Source: an uncultured Actinomycetes bacterium
GTDB lineage: Bacteria; Actinomycetota; Thermoleophilia; Gaiellales; JAICJC01
Reading direction: 5' to 3'
NCBI GenBank assembly: GCA_963729195.1
Contig: CAVSNF010000004.1
Coordinates: 25,958-89,957 of the forward strand
DNA length: 64,000 nt
Position numbers and translations under genes: made by a program. Each line of letters begins with the position of its first letter. Position 1 is the first letter of the stretch. Positions 39,979 through 49,330 of the stretch are shown here, piece by piece. Below the pieces are notes generated by a model. That model was not told the origin of the DNA. It searched no databases and saw only the letters and a list, made by a program, of their open reading frames with translations.

Positions 39979-41068
39979 ATGAAGCTCCTCCACATCGCCG
40001 ACGTCCATCTCGACCGCGTGTTTCGAGGCGCCGAGACGCGGCACCACGCCGACCGTCGCCGAGCCGAGCTGCGCGATGCTCTGACGCGCGCGTTGACGCT
40101 CGGTCGTGACCAGGGCGTGGATGCCGTCTGCATCGCCGGAGACACCTACGAGCACGACTTCGTGCGGGAGGACACCGTCGAGTTCCTGCGCAACGCGCTG
40201 GCCGACGCCCGCGTGCCCGTGCTGATCACACCGGGAAACCACGACCCCTACATGCCCGGCTCGGTGTGGCAGCGCACCAGCTGGCCTCACAACGTCCACG
40301 TGTTCACGCACGACCGGATCGAGCCGTTTCCACTCGATCTCGAGGTGACGGTGTGGGGAGCGGCGTTCACCGCCAAGCATTGCTCCACCAACGCGGTCAC
40401 GGATTGGCGCGCGCCGCAGGACGGCGGCAACCATCTGCTCCTGATCCATGGAGCCCTCACCGGCGAGCAGTGGGCTGACGAGCCCGGGCACCGTCCGCTG
40501 ACGCGCGAGCAGCTGGTCGCCACGGGCGCGCGGTTCGTGATGCTCGGCCATTTTCACGACGGCCGCAGCGACGCCTTCCTGGCCTACCCCGGTTCGCTCG
40601 AGCCGCTGGGCTGGGGCGAGCGGTTCGGCACCCACGGGGCGGCGGTGCTCGAGACGCACAGCGACGGCACGGTCACCTGGGAGTTCCACGAGATCGCCCG
40701 GCGGCGCTACGCCGAGACCACCCTCGACGTCTCCGGCGCGGGAACGTCCACCCAGATCGAGGGCGCCCTGGCGGCGGCAGCCGCGGAGTTCGCCGGCAGC
40801 TCCCTGCGAGCAATCCTCACCGGACTGGTGGAGCCCTCCTGCGAGATCGATCCCCGGTTGCTGGCCGAGCGCTGCTGGCCAGGGCCTGGCCGAGCTGGTG
40901 GTGATCGACCACACCCGACCCGCCTATGACCTCGCGGCGATCGCTCACGAAGGCTCGGTGCGAGGCCGGTTCGTGGCCCGACTGCTGGCGACCGACGATC
41001 CGCTGGCAACCGATGCGGCGATCGCCGGCCTGCGGGCGATGGACGGGCACACGGAGCTGGTCGCATGA
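39979..41068 (+). CDS. SbcD/Mre11-like DNA-repair exonuclease (metallophosphoesterase; YhaO/SbcF-like); apparent frameshift near 40878
   Basis: MKLLHIADVHLDRVF..., ...VCIAGDTYEH..., ...ITPGNHDP..., ...MLGHFHD... The C-terminus continues as QGLAELVVIDHTRPAYD...GHTELVA*. The stop overlaps the next ATG (ATGA). Confidence 0.8.
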
Positions 41069-43232
41069 GGATCACCACGCTTCGCCTGCACGGGTTCGGG
41101 CGGTTCCGCGAGCGGGAATTCGAGTTTGGGCCCGGCCTCACGATCGTGCACGGGCCGAACGAGGCCGGCAAGTCGACTCTGCACGCGGCGCTGTCTGCAT
41201 CCACCTTCGGGCTCGCTCCCAGCGGTCGCCGGCTGGCCAAGCACACCGCGGTGATCGAGCGTCACCGACCTTGGCAGAGCGACCGCTACGCCGCCACGGT
41301 CGAGCTCGAGCACAGCAGCGGGCGCCGCCTGCGGATCGATTGGGACTACGATCGGCAACAGTTTGCCGTGATCGATTCGGCGACCGGCGACGACCTCTCA
41401 TCCGCGCACGGTGCCGGCACCAACACCGACGTTCTGGCCGAGACGCTGCACGGCGTCGGGCGCGACGTGTACCTGCGGGTGGGGTCGATCGGTCAGGACG
41501 AGCTGGCCCAGATCGTGACCGGTGCGACCGACGTGCGCGAGGCGATCGAGCGCGCCGCCGGCCAGTCCCAGTCGGATTCGAGCAGCCAGACTGCGGTCGA
41601 CCGCCTGCGGGCGCGCCGCAAGCAGCTGGTCGGCCTCAACCGCAAACCAGAGCAACCCGCTGCCTCGCGCGGAGGCACAGGTCGCCGAGCTTCGAGCACA
41701 GCTCTCCGACGCCGTCGGCACCCGAGCCGAGGCCGAACAGCTGTCGGCCGAACGCGATCAGGCCGCCGAGCAGGCCGGCGCACTCGAGCGCCGCATCCGC
41801 GAGCTCGAGTTCGCGCTCGAAGGGGCGCGCTGGCGATCGCTGCAGGCCACCGTCAACCGAGCCGAGGGGCTCAATCGCGAGCTGCAGGCGGCCACCGCCG
41901 CAGTGCAAGGGTCGGTGGCGCTGGCGGAGTTCGCCCCGATCCCCGGGGTTGCCGGAGCGCGGGAACGATACGAGCATCTGATGGCGGAGCGCGACCGCAC
42001 CCGCCCGCGCCAGGCGGCGGTCGCAGGGAAGTTGGAGGAGCTGCGAATCCCCGCGGTCGAGTCCTGCCAACGCTCCCGGACCGTCTCGGGCCGGCTGGGC
42101 GGTTGCCGCCGTGGGGGCGGTGGCCGCGGCCGTAGGCCTGGTGCTCTCGACGCTGCTGGTGGTGTTGGGTGTGCTGGTGCTGGTGGCCGGAGTTGCGGCG
42201 GCGACCGTCACCCGCCGAGCCTACGATGCCCGCCGCGAAGCGGCCCGCGAGCAGCGCGACCGTGAGGCTGCCGATCGCCGCGATCGCGCAAAAGGTCTCG
42301 AGATCGAGTTGGCCAAGATCGCAACTGTTGACGCTGAGTACGAGGCCACCGCCGAGCGTCTGGCCGAGATGCTCGAGAGCGACGACACAAGCCCCCAGGG
42401 GATCTCCCAGGCGCTGGCCACCTACGACGAGCATGTGCGGGCCCACACGTCCAGGATCGATGCCGAGCGTCGCCGCAAGCAGGCCGAGGCCGAACTCGAC
42501 ACGCTGCTCAACGGTGGCAGCCTGGAACAGGTGCAGCAGCGCTGCGCCGAGCTGGAGCGGTCACTCAACGGGCACCGCAACGCGGCCGGTGCAGAACGCG
42601 ACCCCGACGACATCGAGGCGGAGCTTCACCGGCTGCGGTCGTCGGCCCGGCAGACTGCAGTCGACGCGAGCGGCCTGCGAGCCACCGCCGCCGAACGGCT
42701 GCGGCTGGTACCGGACACGGGGGCGCTGCAGGAGCAGCTGGATGCGGCCGAGGACGAGCTGACCCGCCTGCAGCGGCTGGAAGGCGTGCTGAAGCTGGCC
42801 GAGAACGAGCTGCAGGAGACGGTGGCGGAGACGTACCGCGACTTCGCCCCGCGGCTGAACGCTGCGCTCGAGCGAAACCTGGTGCGAGCCACGGGCGGCC
42901 GCTACAGCAGGGCGTTCGTGGCCGACGACCTGTCGGTGCGCCTGGAAGCCCCCGAGACCGGTGCGGTAATCGACCTGGCGCAGGTCTCAGCCGGCACCCA
43001 ACGGCTGGTGTACCTGATGCAGCGACTCGAGCTGGTGCAGCTGATCGCCCCCAGCAGCGAACCGCTGCCGGTGCTGCTGGACGAGCCGTTCGCCCATCTC
43101 GACCGAGAACGTATGCGCGCGGCACTGGAGGTGCTGACCGACCTGGCCGGCGACCGCCAGATCGTCGTCTTCACCACCCAGCGCGACGCCGCCGAACTCG
43201 CCCCCGACTCCACCACCCTGCTCGAGTTGTGA
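41065..43232 (+). CDS. SbcC/YhaN-like AAA ATPase with coiled-coil and central hydrophobic segment; two apparent frameshifts (about 41648, 42075)
   Basis: Walker A HGPNEAGKSTL. Long Ala/Glu/Arg coiled-coil. Hydrophobic AVAAVGAVAAAVGLVLSTLLVVLGVLVLVAGVAAA. C-terminal SAGTQRLVYL signature and PVLLDEPFAHLD Walker B. TGA stop lies inside palindrome copy 6. Confidence 0.75.
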
Positions 43233-43259
43233 ATAACGGTGCCAGGCACCGTTATTCAC
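43229..43259. repeat. Palindromic element copy 6: GTGAATAACGGTGCC-A-GGCACCGTTATTCAC
   Basis: Read directly. Bases 43230-43232 are the TGA stop of the SbcC-like gene. Confidence 0.95.
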
Positions 43260-43274
43260 CACCGACGATCGCGA

Positions 43275-43306
43275 GTGAATAATCGGTGCCTGGCACCAAT
43301 TATTCA
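43275..43306. repeat. Palindromic element copy 7, variant form: GTGAATAATCGGTGCC-T-GGCACCAATTATTCA
   Basis: Read directly, 15 nt after copy 6. Carries the same C/A arm mismatch as variant copy 4. Confidence 0.92.
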
Positions 43307-43329
43307 AGCGCCAAGTCAACCGTCAGCTG

Positions 43330-43429
43330 CAAGGATCGAGCGAGCGGGCGGAGCGGAGGCGTGGCAAAGCCACGTTGAGCACCGCACCGCCGCGTGGGAC
43401 GCCGCCAGAACCGGCGCGGACCAGCCTCA
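43330..43429. repeat. Second repeat family, copy A (78-nt conserved core 43330-43407 + variable 13 nt + conserved CCAGCCTCA containing the recQ stop)
   Basis: Manual alignment to 61122-61198 gives 3 substitutions and 1 single-base indel. Contains an imperfect long hairpin GGGCGGAGCGGAGGCGTGGC-AAA-GCCACGTTGAGCACCGCACCGCC. Confidence 0.85.
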
Positions 43430-45154
43430 GAGCTTGCGCACCAGCGGATACGGCCCCTCGGTCTTTCGCAGCGTCCCGGCCGCGATCATCCCGTCGATGG
43501 CCGCCATCACGTCGTCCTGGGTCATGTGTACCAGCGCGCCGTGGCTGTCCAGCCGGTCGTGGCCGGCGCCCTTGAGCGCCTTGGCGCCGGAGCCACGCAG
43601 GATCGCCGTGAGCCGGGAGCGGCCGACCGCGCCGTTGGTCTCGTCCACCGCCTGCAGCACCGCCGCTGAGACGTCCACCCCCGGGATCGCAGGCGCGACC
43701 GTCGACGCGTGCCCGTCACAGCAGACCTCGTCGGGCCGCGGCGACGGCTCGTCACCGAAGTACTCCAGCAGCACCTTGCGGCGGCAGCCCGCCGTGGTGG
43801 CATAGGCATCGATCGCCTTCAACCGGTCCCACCGCTGCCGCTCCACCCGGCGACCGGCGATCATCCCAGCCGCAACATGCTTGGGCGACAGCCGCGGCGC
43901 CGCCAGCCGCCCCGAGACATGTCCGGAGGGAGCCGGAAACAGCTCCAACGCGCCCGCCCGCTCCAGCACCGCCAGCGCCACCCGCGGCTCGTCACCGGGA
44001 AGCTCGCGATCGGCCGACGCGAACAGGCCCTCGGGCGAGGCCACGGTCGCCAGCGCTCGGTGCATCCCGTTGAGATCACCCGCTGAGAGCTTGGCGCGAT
44101 TGATGAAGTACACGATCAGACCCTTGTCGGCGGGGCTGTACAGGAGCGTGCAGCGAGCCGGGAGCCCGTCTCGTCCCGCGCGACCGGCCTGCTGGTAGTA
44201 CTCCTCCGGCGATGCCGGCAGCGTCCAATGCACCACCGAGCGCACATCGGCCTTGTCGATGCCCATGCCGAACGCGGTGGTGGCCGCAACCACTTCCAGA
44301 TCGCCGGCCAGGAACCCGCGCAGCGTCTGTGATCGCGCATCCTGGGTGAGGCCGGCGTGGTAGGGCTCGGCCCTCACCCCGGCGGCTCGGAGCCGGTCGG
44401 CGACCTCCACACAGGTCTTTCGGCGGCCGCAGTAGACCACCGCCGGCAGCCGGTCGGGGACGCGCAGAAGCGATGCCAGCACCTTGGTCTTGCCGGCATC
44501 ACCGGCCACCCGGATCACCTCGAAGAACAGGTTGGCGCGATCGAAGCCGGTGGTCGGCGTGGCCGGATCCCGCAGACCGAGTGCGGCCACGATGTCCTTG
44601 GCCACGCGCGGGGTGGCGGTGGCCGTCAGTGCAATCGTGGGCGGCGAGCCCAACCGCTCGCGCACGTCGGCCAGCCGGCGGTAGTCCGGCCGGAAGTCGT
44701 GACCCCACTCCGAAAGGCAATGGGCCTCGTCCACCGCCAGCCGCGAGACGTTGGTGGCCGCCAACGTGTCGAGAAATCTTCGACTCGAGAACCGCTCCGG
44801 GGCGACGTACACCAGTCGCGTACCACCCTCGCCGATCCGCTCCAGCGTGGCGGTGACGTCCTCGCGCGACATGCTCGAGGCGAGCATCTCGATGCCGTCG
44901 AACCCGCGCGCGACCAGCGCCGCGTGCTGATCCTGCATCAACGCGATCAGTGGCGAGACGACCACCGTCAGACCTGCTCCGACCACCGCCGGCAGCTGGT
45001 AACAGAGCGACTTGCCCGACCCGGTGGGCATGATCGCGAGCACGTCTCGACCCGCCAGCACGGCCTCCACCGCCTCGCGTTGGCCCGCTCGAAACTCCTC
45101 GAAGCCGAACCGGCTTCGCAGCTCCTGATCGATGTCGATGGTCGTTGCGCCCAC
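43427..45154 (-). CDS. recQ: ATP-dependent DNA helicase RecQ
   Basis: ...FRAGQREAVEAVLAGRDVLAIMPTGSGKSLCYQLPA..., DEAHCLSEWGHDFRPDY, ...TAFGMGIDKADVR..., YYQQAGRAGRDG, and a C-terminal HRDC-like region. GTG 45154 is the proposed start (ORF extends to 45277). Confidence 0.9.
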   Translation of the reverse strand: MGATTIDIDQELRSRFGFEEFRAGQREAVEAVLAGRDVLAIMPTGSGKSLCYQLPAVVGAGLTVVVSPLIALMQDQHAALVARGFDGIEMLASSMSREDVTATLERIGEGGTRLVYVAPERFSSRRFLDTLAATNVSRLAVDEAHCLSEWGHDFRPDYRRLADVRERLGSPPTIALTATATPRVAKDIVAALGLRDPATPTTGFDRANLFFEVIRVAGDAGKTKVLASLLRVPDRLPAVVYCGRRKTCVEVADRLRAAGVRAEPYHAGLTQDARSQTLRGFLAGDLEVVAATTAFGMGIDKADVRSVVHWTLPASPEEYYQQAGRAGRDGLPARCTLLYSPADKGLIVYFINRAKLSAGDLNGMHRALATVASPEGLFASADRELPGDEPRVALAVLERAGALELFPAPSGHVSGRLAAPRLSPKHVAAGMIAGRRVERQRWDRLKAIDAYATTAGCRRKVLLEYFGDEPSPRPDEVCCDGHASTVAPAIPGVDVSAAVLQAVDETNGAVGRSRLTAILRGSGAKALKGAGHDRLDSHGALVHMTQDDVMAAIDGMIAAGTLRKTEGPYPLVRKL

Positions 45155-45207
45155 GGTTCGCAGTGTGGCAGACGCGCAGGACCACACCGCCCATCCCGGC
45201 CGCGGAG

Positions 45208-45975
45208 TTACACGATCGTCATTGCCCCGTCGACAACCAGCGCATGTCCGGTGATGTAGGAAGCCTCGTCCGAGCACAGGAACGCCACCGCCGCGGCCAC
45301 CTCATCGGCCGTCCCCTGACGCCCCAGCGGCACCGCCGCCCGCACCGCTTCACCCACCTCCTGCTCGCTCATCCCCTCGAGGATGGGATCGCTGAATGCG
45401 GTATCGATCCAGCCCGGACAGACGGCGTTCACCCGCACCCCCTCGCCGGCGCAGTCCAGCGCGAGCTGACGGGCCATGTGGTTCACCGCCGCCTTCGAGG
45501 TGCAGTAGCCGAGGAAGTTGCGCTCGGCCACCATCCCCGCGGTCGAGCCGGTCAAGACGATCGCCCCGCGGCGACGCTCGCGCATGCCTGGAAGTACCGC
45601 TCGCACGGTCACGAAGATGCCCCGGACATTCACCGCGAAGGTGCGATCGAAGCGCTCGACGGTCTCATCCCACGCCGCCGCGGGCAGCAGCACGCCGGCG
45701 TGGGCATGCAGCACGTCAATCGCTCCCAGCACCTCGGTGACCTCGTCGATCGCCTGAGTCACCTGCGCCTCCTCCGACGCGTCGGCGACCCAGGCGCGGG
45801 CATCGATCCCCTCACCCCTGAGCCGCTCAGCCGCGGCCTCCACCTCGGGTTGGTTGATATCGATCAGCGCCACCCGCGCCCCCTGGCGCCCCAGCGTCGC
45901 TGCCGACGCAAGGCCGATCCCCTGAGCCGCTCCGGTCACAACCGCGACCCGACCGGTAAAGCGCTGCTGATGCAT
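45208..45975 (-). CDS. Short-chain dehydrogenase/reductase (SDR) family oxidoreductase
   Basis: Intact 255-aa ORF: VAVVTGAAQGIG, ...YCTSKAAVNHM... (YxxxK), ...PLGRQGTADEVA... Confidence 0.85.
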   Translation of the reverse strand: MHQQRFTGRVAVVTGAAQGIGLASAATLGRQGARVALIDINQPEVEAAAERLRGEGIDARAWVADASEEAQVTQAIDEVTEVLGAIDVLHAHAGVLLPAAAWDETVERFDRTFAVNVRGIFVTVRAVLPGMRERRRGAIVLTGSTAGMVAERNFLGYCTSKAAVNHMARQLALDCAGEGVRVNAVCPGWIDTAFSDPILEGMSEQEVGEAVRAAVPLGRQGTADEVAAAVAFLCSDEASYITGHALVVDGAMTIV

Positions 45976-46002
45976 CGAAAACCACCCCCGTCCGAAGTGG
46001 GA

Positions 46003-47425
46003 TCACACAGGCACGTGGTCGGGCTCGACCCCGACCGGAGCCCGACCGGGCCGATCGTCGTACAGCCAGCGGGTGGCGATCACGCCCACCAGGCCGACAC
46101 CCGCGACCGCCACATATGTCAGCCGCACCGTGTCCACCACCGCCGGCACGAACGCGCCGACATGCTCTGACGCGGAGATCTGGTGCGCCGAAAGCGTGGC
46201 GGCAAAGACGATTCCTGCCACCGCAGCACCCACACCCGAGCCGATCTGGCGGGTCAGCGGAATGGTGGACGTGGCCTGGCCCTCACGGCCTTCCACCTTG
46301 TCGGCGAGCACCGCGGCAAACAGCGCCGGGCTGGCGATGCCCATGCCCAAACCAGCGATGGAATAGGCGAGGATCACGAGCGCCGCGCCGCCGATCGGCA
46401 GCGCCATCAATCCCGTCGCGCCGACCGTCAGCGAGGTTCCGAGTAGCACCTGCGACCTGGTCGACATGTTGAGCCGGGCCGACGCCATCGAACCGGTCGA
46501 CCATCCCAGCGTGCACAACACCAACGCCAGGCCGACGATCGCGACACCGTGATGGAAGCCCACCTGCAGCTGCAGCGGCAGATAGGTCTCGGCGCCCAGG
46601 AACACCACACCGGTGGCGAACCCGGCCACGTTTGCAGCGATGGCGTTGGCAGAGTGGGTGAACACCGGGGTGGACGTGCGCCGCTCCCACCACACGAATC
46701 CGACCGCGGCGGCCACCGCCACCGGGATCAGCAGCGTCACCGGCATCGAGTGATGCGATGCGGCCAGTAGCGCAGCCACGATCACTCCCAAGCAGCAGCG
46801 GCCCCAAGATATTCAGCGGCGTGCGCGCCCCCACCCGCTCAAACGGCACTTGGCGACCGAGTGCCAGCTTGGCCGCCCAGGCAACAATCGCGATCAGCGG
46901 AAGGTTGATCCAAAACACCCAGCGCCAGCCGACCGTCGATGTCAGCACCGCGCCCAGCAGCGGCCCGACCAGAGCAGAGACTCCCCACATCGCCGCGTTG
47001 ATGCCAAACGCCCGCGGCCGCAGCTCATCGGGCACCCGCGTCGCGAACAGACCAAGCGGCACCGCGAACATGAAGCCCGCGCCCAGCCCCAGGATCGCGC
47101 GTGACAGCGTCACCACCGGCATCGACTGCGCCAGCCCGCCGACCACGTTGGCGACCACGAACAGCACACACGCGATCGTGAACGCAACGCCGGCACCGGA
47201 GCGGTCGATGACCGTGCCGGCGATCGGAAAGATGATCGCCACGGTCACGCTGGTCGCCCCGACGGTCGCGGCGATCAGCCCCACGCCGCCGATGTCCTCG
47301 GCCGCCGTCGGCAACGCGGTGGTGACCATCAGCGCGTCCAGCGACCCCAGGAAGGTCGCCCCCAGGGCGGCCACCATCAGCGCGCGATACGGCGACCTGA
47401 ACAGCGCGGCATAGCTCGGTGTCAT
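46003..47425 (-). CDS. MFS transporter; apparent frameshift near 46797
   Basis: ORF 46283..47425 N-terminal half (...LGATFLGSLDALMVTTALP...LSRAILGLGAGFMF...) joins ORF 46003..46791 C-terminal half. About 12-14 TM helices in total. Confidence 0.8.
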
Positions 47426-47440
47426 CGCACGCGTGGGGAT

Positions 47441-48334
47441 CTACTGAGCGGCGTAGATCTTGTCGGTCGCCGGATGGGCCTTGGTGATGTGCCGCTTGAA
47501 CTGCAGCTCGTCATAGCTCAGGCCCGCCGCCGCGCCCACCAGCTGCGCCAGATGGAAGATCGGCATATCGAACTGGATGTCGGCCTCCTTGGACGCCTTG
47601 CCCTGCCAGGCATCGAGCGACAGGTGGCACAGCGGACACGGCGTCACCATGGCATCGGCGCCGGCGGCCTTGGCCTCGGCCAGCGGCTGGATCAGCTCAC
47701 CCAGCGCGACCTCCTCGCGGGCCAGCACGATCGGGAAGCCGCAGCACTTGATCTTGGAGGGGTAGTCCACCGGGATCGCACCACAGGCCTCGATGATGCG
47801 CTCCAGCGACTGCGGCCGATCGGGATCCTCAAAGCCCAGGAGCTTGGAGGGACGCAGGATCTGGCAGCCGTAGAAGGGCGCGATCTTGACGCCTTCCAGC
47901 GGCCGCTGGGCGATCTCCTTGAGCCGCTCGTAGCCCTCGCCCTCGGCGATCTCCCACAGCAGGTGGCGAACCTCGACCGTGCCGTTGTAGGTGGCCGCAC
48001 CGACTTCGCGCAGGTTCTTGTTGATCCGCTCGCGCAGGTCGGGGTCGGCTTTGAGCTTGATGTCGGCCTGGCGCAGGTTGAGCGTGCACACGTTGCAGAT
48101 CGTCAGCAGCGTCTTCTGCTCGAGCTGCTCGGCCTGGCCCAGGATGCGCGCGTTGAGGTGCAGGTAGTACTCCGGCCGGGCCTCGTGGATGTCGCCGGCG
48201 CCGCAGCAGGTGAACCCGGGGATGTCGACCAATGAGAACCCGAGCTTGGCCGAGACCGCTCGGGTAGAGGTGTCCAGCTCCTTCTGCGACAGGCTCGCAA
48301 GGCAACCGGGGTAGTAGGCGTAACTCGAGTTCAC
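47441..48334 (-). CDS. Heterodisulfide reductase subunit B-like (two CCG domains) protein = probable SdhE-type subunit of a non-classical succinate dehydrogenase/fumarate reductase
   Basis: VNSSYAYYPGCLASL...FTCCGAG... and ...APFYGCQILRP...KCCGFP... (duplicated CCG motifs). GTG start 48334 overlaps the sdhB stop (GTGA). Confidence 0.8.
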   Translation of the reverse strand: MNSSYAYYPGCLASLSQKELDTSTRAVSAKLGFSLVDIPGFTCCGAGDIHEARPEYYLHLNARILGQAEQLEQKTLLTICNVCTLNLRQADIKLKADPDLRERINKNLREVGAATYNGTVEVRHLLWEIAEGEGYERLKEIAQRPLEGVKIAPFYGCQILRPSKLLGFEDPDRPQSLERIIEACGAIPVDYPSKIKCCGFPIVLAREEVALGELIQPLAEAKAAGADAMVTPCPLCHLSLDAWQGKASKEADIQFDMPIFHLAQLVGAAAGLSYDELQFKRHITKAHPATDKIYAAQ

Positions 48335-49323
48335 GACTCCTGCTCTCTGTCGATGGTGACTCCCTGGCGCTTGGCGTCGCGGTCGGCCTCTTCGATCGGC
48401 TGCAACAGCTTGTGCAGCTTGCGGACCTCGTCGAGCTTCTTGGCTCGGTGGGGCTTGAGTGGATTGGGCACCTTGCCCGATTTGGCCATCTGCATCGCGA
48501 ACTTGATGTCCATCGCCTGCTTGGGCGAGGTGTACGGGACCAGCGCGGTCTCGAGCAGATATCCGGTCATGCGGCTGGAGACATCGAACACCTGGGCGTG
48601 GCGGGCACCGCCGTCGGAGAGCATCCCCTCCGAGTAGATCTCGGCGCCCAGCTTGGCGATCGCGTCGCGCGGGTCGACCCCTTTGGGACAGCGCTGTTGG
48701 CAGAAGTAGCAGCGGGTGCAATCCCACACTCCGTGAGGGCCGTTGAGCGCGCGCAGCCGCTCCTTGCGCCCGCGGTCGCGCACATCACCGACGAAGCGGG
48801 CGGCCTTGGCCAGCGCCGCGGGGCCGATGAAGTCGGGATCGACCTCCATCGAGTTGCACTCCGAGACGCAGCATCCGCACTGGATGCACAGCGCTTCCTT
48901 GAAGATCCGGTCGAGTTCCTCCTGCTGGATTCGCCACTCCTTGACGGGAGGATCGTCGTCCTCCACCAAGTAGGGCTGGATCGAGCGGAACTTCTCCCAG
49001 AACGGCTCCATGTCGACGACCAGATCCTTGACCACAGGGAGGTTTCCCATGGGCGAGATCACCGGCACCTCGCCGGCTTCGACCACCGGCGCCATGGGCG
49101 TCTTGCAGGCCAGCACCGCGGCGCCGTCCATGCGCATTCCGCACGACCCGCACACCGCCATCCGGCAGCTCTTGCGGTAGGTGAGTGACCCGTCCTGCTC
49201 GTCCTTGATCTGGTCGAGGCAGTCCAGCAGCGTGGCCGTCTCGGGGGCGTCGATGGTGAACTCGTCGACGCCGGATTCTCCGGTGTCGGGGTTGTGACGC
49301 TGGACTCTGAGGGTGACTTGCAT
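48331..49323 (-). CDS. sdhB: Succinate dehydrogenase/fumarate reductase iron-sulfur subunit with an approximately 80-aa C-terminal extension
   Basis: MQVTLRVQRHNP...SCRMAVCGSCGMRMDG... (2Fe-2S), CIQCGCCVSEC and CTRCYFCQQRCP (4Fe-4S/3Fe-4S). Extra tail ...VFDVSSRMTGYLLETALVPYTSPKQAMDIKFAMQMAKSGK... Confidence 0.9.
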   Translation of the reverse strand: MQVTLRVQRHNPDTGESGVDEFTIDAPETATLLDCLDQIKDEQDGSLTYRKSCRMAVCGSCGMRMDGAAVLACKTPMAPVVEAGEVPVISPMGNLPVVKDLVVDMEPFWEKFRSIQPYLVEDDDPPVKEWRIQQEELDRIFKEALCIQCGCCVSECNSMEVDPDFIGPAALAKAARFVGDVRDRGRKERLRALNGPHGVWDCTRCYFCQQRCPKGVDPRDAIAKLGAEIYSEGMLSDGGARHAQVFDVSSRMTGYLLETALVPYTSPKQAMDIKFAMQMAKSGKVPNPLKPHRAKKLDEVRKLHKLLQPIEEADRDAKRQGVTIDREQES

Positions 49324-49330
49324 GACGCTC

